DNA of 38,888 nt from positions 1 to 38,888 of the forward strand of contig NKIB01015011.1 in NCBI GenBank assembly GCA_002256025.1, written 5' to 3'. The DNA comes from Asterionella formosa (taxonomy: Eukaryota). Numbering within the stretch: the stretch's first letter is position 1; each line of letters starts with the position of its first letter. Shown one piece after another: positions 11,666 to 23,800 of the stretch. Below the pieces are notes generated by a model. That model saw only the letters and a list, made by a program, of their open reading frames with translations, was not told where the DNA came from and searched no databases. A program made the position numbers and the translations under genes.

Positions 11666-12540
11666 GCAATCCCCACCCTATCTATCGTCTTGCTTTTCGA
11701 TGAGAACTGTGGGTGTCTAAGTAATTTTTGGTTTCTTTAAGTAATTATTATATTTTATTTAGGGGCAATATGGGGCACATTGGATTTTTCGGCAATTCCC
11801 GCTCCAGCTATCGTCTTGCCATTCGGGTACTTCTAAGTAATTTTTAGTCTCTAAGTAATTTCTTAAGTAATTTTTATTTAAGGGCAATATGGGGCAAATC
11901 GAATTTTTCGGCAATAAAATTGCAGATTTTAGCATGACAAACAAAATAACGGTAATATGCATAGAGATGGTACAACAAGCGTAAAACACACGAGAATGAT
12001 TGTAACATGCAACGTCAACGAAAATTGAACATGATGTTTGGAGCTGGAGCGGGAATTGCCTCAACAATACCCTTCTCGGCGGCTGCTTGCCTTCTCGTAT
12101 ACATGTGTACTTGGCTGGGATGGCACTCGTAGGGTGACCTTCTCGCAGTGCCGGGGGCACCACTCGTATGGTCAACCTACTCGTGCCACCCAGCCTCGAA
12201 CACATGTATACTCGCAGGCAAGAGACCACCTCGGGTGTGTATTGCCTTCAGCAGTCAATTTTAGGTTTGAGCAGGAGGGACCATCGAGCAATGTCAGGAG
12301 TAGAATTTTCATGGGAAAAAGTTTAGAGACATCAAAAATGCATGGACCACCGAATATAATGGTACCGGTATGCATGAAAAATAGTCACACAAGAATGATT
12401 GTAACAAGCATCGAAAATTCGACACGATGTTGTTAAGCAACCAAAGTATGAAACAGAAATCGAAAGGTAAGTCGTGAAAATGACAAGCAGGGAGTAGAGT
12501 AAAACGTGAAAAAGAAAATGGGTCAGAGGAAAAATCGTGT
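11666..12540. mobile_element. Family C repeat, copy 1 (GGCAAT-rich tandem subunits, inverted motif, central hairpin)
   Basis: About 125-bp tandem subunits at 11666 and 11791. GGCAATTCCCGCTCCAGCT (11791-11809) is inverted at 12042-12060. 11792-11957 is nearly identical to about 36053-36218, and 12385-12500 is homologous to about 36285-36410. Boundaries approximate; no TSD seen. Confidence 0.65.
12065..12244 (-). other. 180-nt imperfect hairpin with periodic symmetric 2x2 internal loops
   Basis: Stems CAATAC/GTATTG, CTTGCC/GGCAAG, GTATACATGTGT/ACACATGTATAC, GGCTGGG/CCCAGCC, TGGCAC/GTGCCA, GTAGG/CCTAC, TGACC/GGTCA and GTGCC/GGCAC, punctuated by CTCG opposite CTCG. Confidence 0.85.
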
Positions 12541-13561
12541 GAAATTTTGTCAACGCATATTCATTAACAATTGTCAACTCACACTTTTTGTCGTTGCAAC
12601 GAAATTTCAAAACTTTTCAGATCAGGCCTGGCGGATCAGAAACCGATGCCTGAATGGATTAAGAGGCAATGCTGGTTTATGAATTGATTTGGACTTGTGG
12701 TTGAGGAGGTGTTGGAGGAGCAACAGCTTGATAGCGGAGGTTTCTTGGTGCTGGCGGTGCAGAATTCTGGCAGTATCCGGCAGGAGGAGGAGCAGGATGC
12801 GTCGAAAATTTACTGGCTGATGTGGAAGTTTGTGAATTGGAAAATTGAGGAGGAAATTTTCGATTAGGTTGATAGGGAGCAATGGAGTGATATGTTGTTG
12901 GTGCTGCACATTGATGGCTTCATTACCTTAAACATACTACTTCATCCGCCCTTTGAACAAGGCGCAATGTGTCGAAGCCACAATGTTTTTCGTTATTGAG
13001 TAAACTTTTCCTTTCTTGTCATGTGCTTTACTCCGATATTTCTTTTCATAAAGCAGGCATTATTTGTTAACATGACAGAACGATTTCAAATATATTTGCC
13101 ATGTATATAGTTATAAAATTTGTAAATATATAAATATATGAAGTGTCATACATTTATAAAAATCAAAGGCACTCTCAATATGGAACATCTGGTATTGTTG
13201 AAATGATCATATTTGCATATAGATAATTCGAAAACATTCAATGCATTATATGTCCATTGTTTTCCACAACTTCCTGTACCGGTAGTGTTTTTTTGAAAAT
13301 TGTTTGCATCAATTTTTTCTACGTCCGTTGGAACTAATTATTTAGACCATTCAATTGGTGTACTAAGTCATAACCCATTTGTATCATTATTTATATGCGA
13401 GGATTTTGGTAGCAAACTGTTTAAGCCCCTTTTTTGGTCGGGAGTTCTTCATGTGTACTGGTACATCATACGACAATAACATTTTATCAAATATTTACCA
13501 CAGAGTACCAGCAGCAGGTAGGAAGTGATAAACTGGGGGTACCAGGTAGTCAGAGTACCAG

Positions 13562-13895
13562 GTAGTAAGCGAGCAACAGAACACCATATGTTCATGACAG
13601 TTGCTACTGCAGTGGGACAGTAAATCATCTTAGGTTTAGGATGGTATGATCATAAAATTGAAAAAGGATAGTCGGAGTAGTGAGCACGCAACAGAACACC
13701 ATATGTTCATGACTGCTGCTACTGCAGCAGGACAGTAAATTATCATAGTTTCAGGATCATATGATTGTAAAATTGAAAGAGAGTAGTCGGAGTAGTAAGC
13801 GAGCAACAGAACACCATATGTTCATGACTGCTGCTACTGCAGTGGGACAGTAAATCATCACATTTTTAGGATTGTATAATTGTATAATTGAAAAC
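13562..13895. repeat. Tandem repeat, about 3 x 115 bp
   Basis: Units start at 13562, 13677 and 13792 and share GCAACAGAACACCATATGTTCATGAC...TGCTACTGCAG..GGACAGTAAAT. Confidence 0.95.
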
Positions 13896-14100
13896 AAGAT
13901 ATGCTATTACTCAAACTCGGTTCTGATTTTGTATATGATAATGTAAATAGCACTGTTGGTTTTAAGGTATCATATCTAGACAGCGTAAAATATTGTATGT
14001 AGTGGCTGATGATTCATTTCATTGTAGCTTGCAACACCTGATTTTAAGATCGTCAAACTTTAAGGAAGAGAACGACAACAGTTATCCAGTAGTACAAGCA

Positions 14101-14760
14101 ATGTCTTCAAAAAACCATAAAGAGGTTCATGGAAACAAGAGACATGTGGCGAATACTGCCTGTATGGAACAAAGAAGCAAGTACCAAAATGAGATAACAA
14201 AGAAAAAACGAATAGGCGATTATCCAAAGGAACCCAATTGGCGACAGGGAGTTAGTGGGGGTACTACCCATCGTCGATGGGGACACCATCAGCTACTAGT
14301 ACAAAGGCTCCCGTAATTGACACTGAAAGCGATGATGACGATTCTTTTTCAGTTGTTGATACAAGAAAAATGGCTCCTGTCGATGATACCATTAATAACT
14401 CCTGGATGGAGATGGACAACATGGTACCATATCATAAACTTTCTAATCGCACGGAAAAACAAGTACATGACAAACTGAGGGAAAAACATTTTGCACTTGC
14501 CAATGGATATTATCAATTGGTCAATGAACTCAATCACTACAAAGGTCGTAATTCGGTTCAAAACTTGCTTGTCCATACGAGGTTATCAAGAATCTTCAAT
14601 TTCAGCAGCCTTATCAGAACGTCATTCCCGCTTAGCTGAAATTGAACCATCAAACTATGATGTAAAACAGTGCAAGGGAAACGAGGAGCTAGCTTTTTGC
14701 GGCGCTTGTGGAGGTGCAGCTGGTGTGATGGTAACCTAGTGTAGTAATTGCTTGTTGAAC
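14101..14760 (+). pseudogene. Frameshifted coding relic of unknown family ending in CxxC..CxxC
   Basis: Three overlapping ORF pieces (14101-14316, 14277-14639, 14491-14739) read as one protein-like chain ending FCGACGGAAGVMVT*CSNC. Confidence 0.3.
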
Positions 14761-15419
14761 AGAGCACAGCAGTGTAATATGCATGTTCCGCCAGCGTAGT
14801 GTTTACACAATAAACATCGTCTGTAAATAAAAAATATCATGAAAATATGATCAAGGGTATTGTACGCTAAGTGGCACAGGATTTTCACATATATGATAGT
14901 TTTTCGATCAAAAATATGATCAATGTATCATATAATTATGATCATGCAGTAAACTTTTACCGAGCTTGAAGTATGATGAGACTATCATAGTTATAATACC
15001 ATTGCATCATATAATTAGTTAAACATGGCCATATGATGTGTATACTTTTGCATGCCGGCATAAATACAGCTATAACAAGGAAAAACGACACAACGATGAA
15101 CGTGATGGCTGGTTGTTGAGGATACCGGTATGTGATATGCATCAATCCATATCACAAATCATATTATAGCGATGTACATATCAACGCATCCGTATACTTA
15201 GATCCTACACACCATATAATACTATCATATTAACTGTTGCCTTTTATTGTATACATTAAAAGTCGAATTTATATATTAAGTAACATACATTATGACTTAC
15301 TTTTTTATTTATTTTCTGTGATGTATTGATAACACTTGCGCACATATTTTTTCGTATTTGTTTGTCATTGTATTATTTTAACATGATCATATTTTGATCA
15401 AAATTAAATCACAAACATT

Positions 15420-16580
15420 TTAAAAAATCATCATAGTTCTATGATCAATGTATCATAGTTATGTGATATACTTTATTCAATATTACGGATCATACTTTGG
15501 TGATGTATGCATCGATGTAACCCTATCGTGATATCACATTATCATCTTATCAATCATGATGAGATGATTGGGAACTGTAATATTCTGCATCGTACTACCG
15601 AGTATGATATTATAACACGCACTTTAGTAGCATCCACTCCTGTAATGTACACAAGTCGACAGTGCACATACACACACGCTAATCAGGTTTGAGGCAACGG
15701 ACAGTGGTTCCAACAAGCGAATGACGATACCACGGGTACCAATTTTTCCAGCGGCAAACCGCAATGAGCGATGAAGGACGCTTGTCCCTCTATTGATGAG
15801 GATGACACGGACACCGACTTTTTCAGGAGCAAACAACAATGAAGAGAGCCAGGCCGCTTGTAGCTCTATTGATGGTAACAAAGATGCGGACAAGTTCAAC
15901 ATTGAAACGAATACAAGAACAACATACCAATGAAAACAAGTCGGCAGTGTGTGTACGCACACGCCAAGCAGGTTTGAGGCAACGGACAGTTCCATCATAA
16001 ATATTTTAAGAAATCATCACAGTTCTATGATCAATGAATCATAGCTATGCATGTGATATACTTTATTCAATATTACGGATCATACTTTGGTGATGTATGC
16101 ATCGATGTAACCCTATCGTGATATCACATTATCATCTTATCAATCATGATGAGATGATTGGGAACTGTATTCTGCATCGTACTACCGAGTATGATATTAT
16201 AGCACGCACTTTAGCAGCTACGTCACTCCTGTAGTGTACACAAGTGGACATTGTACATAGACACACGCTAATCAGGCTTGAGGCGACGGACAGTGGTTCC
16301 AACTAGCGAATGATGATACCACGGGTACCAATTTTTCCAGCGGCAAACCGCAATGATGAAGGACACTTGTCCCTCTATTGATGAGGATGACACAGACACC
16401 GACTTTTCCAGGAGCAAACAACAATGAAGAGAGCCAGGCCACTTGTCGCTCTATTGATGGTAAAAAAGATGCGGACAAGTTCAACAGTGAAACGAATACA
16501 AGAACAACATACCAATGAAAACAAGTCGGCAGTGTGTGTACGCACACGCCAAGCAGGTTCAAGGCAACGGACAGTTCCAA
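15420..16580. repeat. Direct tandem duplication, 2 x about 585 bp, with internal ~285-bp subrepeat
   Basis: 15425-15995 and 16011-16579 are nearly identical (e.g. GTGATATACTTTATTCAATATTACGGATCATACTTTGG). The ACAAGTCG...GGCAACGGACAG block occurs 4 times, and a diverged partial unit lies at about 16580-16715. Confidence 0.95.
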
Positions 16581-17394
16581 CAAGCAAATGACAATACGGA
16601 TATCAAATATTTCCTATGAGCAAACAGCAATGAAAAGAGCCACTTGCTTTCGCTCTCTTGATGGTATTAAAGATGCAGACAAGTTCAATAGTAAATACAA
16701 GTACAGCATGCCAAATGCAGAAACGAGCGACATGAAAAAGAAATTGTAATCAGAATCATTCTATAACTATAGGTATGTGGACAGTAGTCTGTTACATTTT
16801 CGTATCTCCTTCTATGCTGAATCTCAATAGTAGATGTAGTATTATTTGAGAATTTAAAAAGTCAACAAGAACAAGTAGAATGTGTTTGTTCACGGGTTGA
16901 TTGGCAAGATTGTAATGCTGGTGGTCGACGAAACGGATTCACAATGTGCACTGTGTGCGGAACCATTACGAGTTCGAATGATTTCTTCTCTGTAAACTCT
17001 TAATTGAATGATTATGAACAAAGGTTCACTGCACATGACAATTACTCAAAGATATAATTATCAAATGACCAACAATTGAAGACGTTGTTATCGGAAACAA
17101 TCATTCCACTTGTCATCGCTAGAATTTCGTTGTTGTTGCAAAAATCAGAGTGATGACGGATGGAAATGACGAGCCAAATTACATTACTTAAGCTGGCACA
17201 TTATCCTACCAAGAAATTCGAATACAGGAATCTAATAGAAACAATACATATAATAATTAAATATATGTAGTCAAAAGGGTTACTATTTAAATTACAAGGG
17301 CATTTATCAAAATTATTAGATGATATAACGAAAAATTATGATCAGATGATCATACTAATCTTATGATGCATCATGGAAATATGATAGTTTTTAT

Positions 17395-20300
17395 TTGCAG
17401 ACGGACCTTTCAGTCACGGGGTCTACAATGACAGTTAAAAAAGGTCGCGGAGGACATATTTCATTTAACAGAGAGACCAATGGAGTTCTCTATTATTTTG
17501 AAGCAAGTCGCGCGAGTTATGCCGATGTCGTATCCATGGCTATTGCCCCATTGTCCCAGGGGGCCGATAGTACCAAAAACTTGTCTACAAACACCCATAC
17601 AGTTATGAGTGGGGAGGACAAAATGAAGTCACAGGACATCAACGAGGCACACGATATCTACGGGCATATTGGGGAAGCCGCACTACGTGCTACGTTCAAA
17701 GCACTGAAGATAGAACTTACTGGTACCCTCCAGTCCTGTGACGGATGCTCTAAGGCAAAGACGAAAGCAAAGGCGGTTTCAAAAGTGTCGACTGTACAGG
17801 CTGTACTACCCGGTGAACGGATTTTTGTGGACACTTCAGGGCTGTACAGAAAGTCCATTGTGGGAAGCAATTACTGGATACTTGTGGTTGATCAATTCTT
17901 TGGAAAGTCATGGAGCTTTTTTGTTAAGAAGAAGAGTTTACTATCCAAAATTGTGGACGAGCTACTCATCAAGCTATTTGCAGCAAAATATGTCATCAAG
18001 TATCTACGATGTGATAATGCAGGTGAAAATCTCGAAAATTTGTCATCTGTATGCACCAAGCATGGTATTCAGATTGAATACATGGCACCAAATACACCTC
18101 AGCAGAACAGTGTTGTTGAGCGCAAGTTTGTCACCATATGTGATAGAAGCTGTGCTGCTATGATCAATGCAAAGCTAAATGATGAGTTTCAAGGACTTCT
18201 TTGGGCAGAATGTGCCAACACAATGACTCGAGTGACAAATGTGGTTTCGAATTCAAGAAATATCAAGTGTTCTGATTGGCTATGGTATGGGAAACAACCT
18301 ACAATCTATGAACATTTGATCCAATTTGGACGAATTGGATATGTCACCATAAGAACTCCTGTGAATAAGCTTGATGATAAAGCAATTAAATGTGTCATGA
18401 TTGGATACTCTGAAAACCACTCAGGTGATACCTACCGACTCTTTAACCCTATAACCAAGAAGGTGATTCAGAGCCGTGATGTAAAATGGATAGAATGGCA
18501 TGGAGAAACGAAACCTACCGATGATCTGACCATGTTCAAGACTGGGATTGATGAAATTGAGTTTGAGGAGGAACTTGACCAACCTGTTGCACCAGCTCCG
18601 ACTGTCATCCCAGATGATGAGACTGGATCACTTTCGACTCTTAATGACTAGCAGGTCTCTGAAGCAGGGAGGAATGAAGCTTCAAATACTTTAAAACCTG
18701 CTATTACAAGAGCTGAACGAGAGCTCAAGAAACTTGGTCATGAAACTGGTGCTCCAACGATGTCTGCACTACGTTCTGGAAGATTGCATACTATTGTAGA
18801 TGATGATCATCATCTGGATTCTAAGCCTACTTCATCCATGGAGGTTCATTACATCTACAGCTCTACACTTGCATCAGATCCAGGTGAACCCAAGACCTAC
18901 AGTGCGGCACTGAAAGCAGATGACAGAGAAAATGGATTCCAGCAATCAAAAGTGACATTAATAATTTTATAAAACGAAAAGTCTGGTCAAAATTCCCACG
19001 ATCAGAATTGCATGGACGCAAACCACTTGGGAGTCGATGGGTCTTCAAGAAAAAGAAGGAACAAGACTTGACTACACGCTACAAGGCACATGTGGTCGTC
19101 AAGGGATATGTCCAAATCCCCTGTGTCGATTTTACCGACTCGTTTGCACCTGTGGCTACAGATACAAGTATCAGAGTTGTCTTTGCAATCACCATGCACA
19201 AGAAGACATGGACTTTGGAGGTCATTGATGTCAAAACATCCTTTCTTGTTGAGTTTGGCTTTGACGACAACAAGGTTGTCTCAGAATATTGTATTCTTCT
19301 AAGTAAAGCCATGTATGGAACGGTGCAGGCTGCACGACAGTGGTACAAGAAACTTGTGGAGCGTCTGATTCTCATTGGAATGAAACAAAGCAAAGTGGAT
19401 CCATGCATTTTCTTCTTGAAACGTAATTTGAAATTGGTTCTAATTGTTTGTATCTATGTTGATGACTGCATTGTTGCTGGAGAACAAGCCGATTTTGACT
19501 GGCTTAAGGCTGAAGCCAAGAAGCTTTTCACCATAAAGGAACTCGGACCAATCAAGAAACATTTAGGAGTTTGGTATGACTGGGGAGAGGATGCTGATGG
19601 AAGATTTCTTGAAACTACTATGGAGGATTTCGTTGAAGGAATGTTCGAAGATTATAAGAATCTCTTTGGAGGTTATCCCGCAATTGCACCAACTCCCGGA
19701 TTGCCAGGTACAAGTTTGTCCAAGAATGATGCCCAAACTGTTCTACATAGTGAATACAGATCCATGGTTGGAAAAATCGTATACTTTGTAAACAAGATAT
19801 CTCCAATTTGTGCCAATGCATGTCAAGAATTGTCTCAGCATCTGGAGAATCCAGGAGAGGCTCATTGGAAGGCAGTTGAACGTCTGTTGGGATTCTTATA
19901 TGCAGACAAGAAACATCGGCGTAGTATGAAGATGCGAACCCCAAAAGAAATGCGCCCAATGGATGTTGTTGACAGTGCATTTGCAATTAACCCTGATACT
20001 CGCAAAAGTACAAGTGCATATCTCGGAACTATTGGAGCACACTCCTTGGTGACTTGGTCATCCAAAGGACAAAACATTGTAACAACATCAAGCACGGAAG
20101 CCGAGTATGTCAGCCTAAGCGACGGTGTCAAGGATACAATATTTGTTACAAATCTATTGGATGAGGTCTGCCTACTATGTGGAACTGCCAGCAATAATTG
20201 CTGAGGATAACACTGGAGCGATTTTCCTAAGCAAAAACAAACAAGTTGGATCAAGGACAAAGCATATTGATGTCAGATATCATTTTATACGTGAGAAGAC

Positions 20301-20466
20301 TGAAGATGGATATGTTGTTGTAGTCTATGTACAAACATGTGAAAACCCTAGTGACCTGGTGCTGTCAAAGAATGTAACTCAGAAGGTGCATGAATTGCAT
20401 GCATATGATATTTGCAATGGGACAATGGATTGTTGGAACTGGAACAGGGAGGATGTCAAGATTTAG
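17395..20466 (+). pseudogene. pol: Copia pol pseudogene (pre-integrase HHCC, rve integrase, RT, RNase H)
   Basis: H...GH..CDGC; VDTSG / RCDNAGE / VERK (DDE); WVFKKK; YVDD; SSTEAEY; RTKHIDVRYHFIRE. In-frame stop at 18649-18651, frameshifts near 18930 and 20170, and an apparent deletion after DVKTSFL. Confidence 0.93.
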
Positions 20467-20892
20467 TACTGCGTGCATATTAGTTCAGTCGAACTAATCA
20501 ATCTTGAATAATATTCCAGCCAAAATCCTGTATTGAAATGTTGTGAGAATTTGAACAGCATAGATTGCCAAGAACTATATCAGCAAACCAAGGTAAATAT
20601 TCGAATGGAGAATGTTCTAAGTAATCAATATTTCAATGAAGAAGGAAAGTATATATTCAATGCAGATAGCATTGAATATTCACGATTGTTCTACTAAGTG
20701 AGTGGAGTTGAGTTGTCAGTTGAGAATTGAATGCTATCTAACAACACAATGACTATATATATACAAATTTGGGAAGAGAACCTTAATAATTGGTCATGTG
20801 AACGATTACAAGATAGATCAAATAAGCTCACAATAAGGTGAGATTAGAACAGAAAGTTTTAATACACTGAGCTTGTCTAGAAAGAGCTAGCA
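20441..20892 (+). repeat. Polypurine tract (20441-20453) and putative 3' LTR (TG at 20454 to CA at 20892)
   Basis: GGAACAGGGAGGA is directly followed by TGTCAAG. The right end ...TCTAGAAAGAGCTAGCA is tentative because no second LTR is available for comparison. Confidence 0.6.
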
Positions 20893-21430
20893 TTGCAGTC
20901 AGACTGCAGAAGAATGTAACAGGTTGCAACTATACCAGAACAGAGTAAGTACAATATGATGTACCGGTAGTCGGATTATTTTACATGCCGGGCATTCTTA
21001 GGGTCTTCGTCGCAGCGGTAGTACCCTGTAGTATACACATCATTGATCAATAGTTTTATGTACCGGTAGGTATTAACATACCGGTAGATACATATACTGA
21101 CGCACGTTGTGCACAGAGAGTTGTCCTGACGGGACTGCCTAAACCGGTATAAAACGGTATTTATTACCAGGAGAGCACTTGATGCAACACAGCAACAGAG
21201 CATGCATGCTTTCCGTTGTTTGTTACACCATTTCCTACTCCGTCGTTAAGATGATTCCAAGCGTCCTATAAAGAACACAATGCTGGCGGCTGATGTTGAA
21301 GGTACCAACCTATACTACGAGAACAACCCCTTTAGAAACGACCAAAGCCCGATGATCGCACCTAAGTAACCGAGCACCAATAGTTTGATTACATTAATTT
21401 CGAAGAGAAATTCGAAGCACCCGACAACAA

Positions 21431-23126
21431 ATGATCAAGTACGTCTCAGGGGCATACGGATTCAGAATTCTCTTGCGATTGCATGGGTCTGCAGCATTCA
21501 AAGCGTTGACTCCAGCACTCCTTTCGACGGCAGTATATGTCGCCTTTTCCTGTGTATTTCCTAGGCTGCATGAAGACGACACACAAGTCTTCGACCATCC
21601 TTATCCATTGGCGGCTTTGATTTCAGCGTTCAGTTTTATGTTGACATTCAAGGCATCGTTTTCTTACAACAGAGTAAGTTATGTGGGCAAAGAATTAGTC
21701 CATTCTTTGTTGTTGTTGTTGTCTTATACAAGATTCTGGTCCCTCCTCATCTGGATTTGTTTGTCTGCCTCGCTAGTACTGGGAAGCAGTTACCTCTGTG
21801 CACATAATGCATTCAAAATGGCTCGACGTCGGGATGGAACTGGCAGCATTTCACCTTCAAATGAAGCGGTACACGAAGCCCCCTAGCTTCGGTGCACACC
21901 CAGAGGTCAAGTGCTTAGAACGGGAGCGACAAAGATTGAACGAAATGACAAATGAGCAGTATCACCAATTGTTTGACATGGGCTCAGATCAATCGAAATG
22001 GCCAAACAGACTCAGATCGTTTTTCAAAAAGTCGAAAGCAAGAAAAGTTGTAGAGTGCGACATCAATAATCACCTTAGTTTCAGGTCAACCAGAAAAAGC
22101 ATCAATAAAGTCGCGAAACAGAATCCTTCAACCACGACAGTGAGCCCAAGTCGAAATTTTGCATCAATGTCGCTCTCATCACCCATGACTAAAATTGTAT
22201 CAACCCGAATTCAGAACGGAGGGATGGAAGCAATCCAGCCACCTCTATTTCTGCAAGAATGTGCGCACTTATTGTCGCTTTTATCTGCAGTTGCCATGTC
22301 CACTTTGCGAAATGATATCGAAGCTGCCGAATCGCCGCTGGCTACGTTTGCGCCGAACGCACCTTGGCCTCACGTTGACCCCGACGCTTACTCTGCAGAT
22401 GTTCGAAAGGATTGGGCACGCTCAACTCATAGAAGCTGGACCTTGCTCCGATATCTTCTTGGTATTTCGAGATCAGAAAAGGACCGAACTCTCTACAATG
22501 CTGCTCGCCCCTTTCGAGTCGTTGGCGGAGTCTCTGATGCGGAAGTAGAATTGCTTCAAGCTGCACGAGGACCATCAGCGAAAGTCGCTCTTTGCTCTAT
22601 GTGGTTGCAAGAATTTATTTGCCGTGAACACCTAGCAGGGTCTTTGGGTGCAGTTCCAGATCCTATTATATCGCGTCTTTATCAATTTACTTCCGATGGG
22701 ATGACAGGATACAATCAGGCAAGAAAGGTTGCCTATATACCCTTTCCATTTCCTCACTCTCAAATAGTCAGTATCTTCGTACTGGTTACAGTAGTTTACA
22801 TTCCAGTGCTGATGCTGACGTATGTGACAAATGTTTCCTTTGGAGCTGTTCTCAATCTTCTTACAGTTATGTGCTTCAGTGGTCTGCACGAAGTTGCGAG
22901 AGAGCTAGAGGACCCATTTCAAAATGTACCTAATGACATTCCTGCCAACAACTTCCAGGCGCAGTTTAACGAAGCGTTGATGACCATGTATATGGGATAT
23001 CACCCTGACTCTTTCTGGGAAGTTGCTCAAGTTGATGTTGATGCTACTACCGATCCTGCAACAGAAATGGGAATCTTTGATGATGACAGTGTGAAGGATT
23101 TATCTACCAGACAGATTCCTCCATGA
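21431..23126 (+). CDS. Bestrophin-family (RFP-TM) anion channel, about 530 aa, 2 exons (21431-21673, 21777-23126)
   Basis: Splicing the GTAAGT...CTAG intron (21674-21776) creates the hallmark SYNRYWEA. Also PFPFPHSQ, RELEDPF..PND and hydrophobic TM segments. Confidence 0.9.
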
Positions 23127-23589
23127 GCTGATATTTAATGAAGCTAAATTGTGAGCACTTGGATTGAAATGAAGACTATAAGACAGCAATGTGTATTGAA
23201 TAGAGTGGCCACCAAAATCTTCTGCACTGTGACTCATGGAGCAATGTTACTACCTTATAGTTATTATTTATGATAATGCAGTTGATGGCAGTAAAGTCAA
23301 CAAAGCAAATAAGATTCCAAGTGTCCATATGGAGCATCACATCAACATCCTATGAGGACAAGACAGTGATACATCATTTTGCATTTTTCAGCTGTTGGAA
23401 AAGAAGCATCATTTAATTTTTGATTAACATGGATGAAGATGCACCATGATAGGCAAACTATGACCTCAATGAGATGAAATAAACTGGTTACTTGGTACTC
23501 AATGCAACTCAAATAAACAATACCATACCAGATACAAAGGTATACACCCTTGGTTAGTCTTTTTCAGTTTGGCTACTTACATTATAAGT

Positions 23590-23800
23590 TCATTCAAACA
23601 AGTTTAGTCTGTCCATCATTTTAAGTATGTCAACAAGGAGCTCTGCCATTATTGATAGATTCTCAGAACAGCAACAGCAGGTTGGGACTTGATTCCATTG
23701 ATCAAACATGAAGGGCCCATTGGATAGGTTTTGTTTCTCCCTATGTTTGCTTCAATATTGTTTTCAATCCCTTCCAATTCTACTGTAGGATCGGAGATGG
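23590..23800 (-). pseudogene. DDE (pogo/DDE_1-like) transposase relic
   Basis: ANIGRNKTYPMGPSCLING / VPTCCCCSENLSIMAELLVDILKMMDRLNLFE* (one frameshift) resembles the segment preceding the LLLDGH catalytic motif in diatom transposases. Confidence 0.5.

Larger units (their letters stand above)
17395..20892 (+). mobile_element. 5'-truncated Ty1/copia LTR retrotransposon
   Basis: Integrase-RT-RNaseH order, PPT and 3' LTR present. No gag, protease or 5' LTR upstream. Confidence 0.92.

Noticed and set aside
13562..13895. Possible CRISPR-like array
   Set aside because: Whole 115-bp units are repeated with no unique spacers, there are no cas genes, and the context is eukaryotic.
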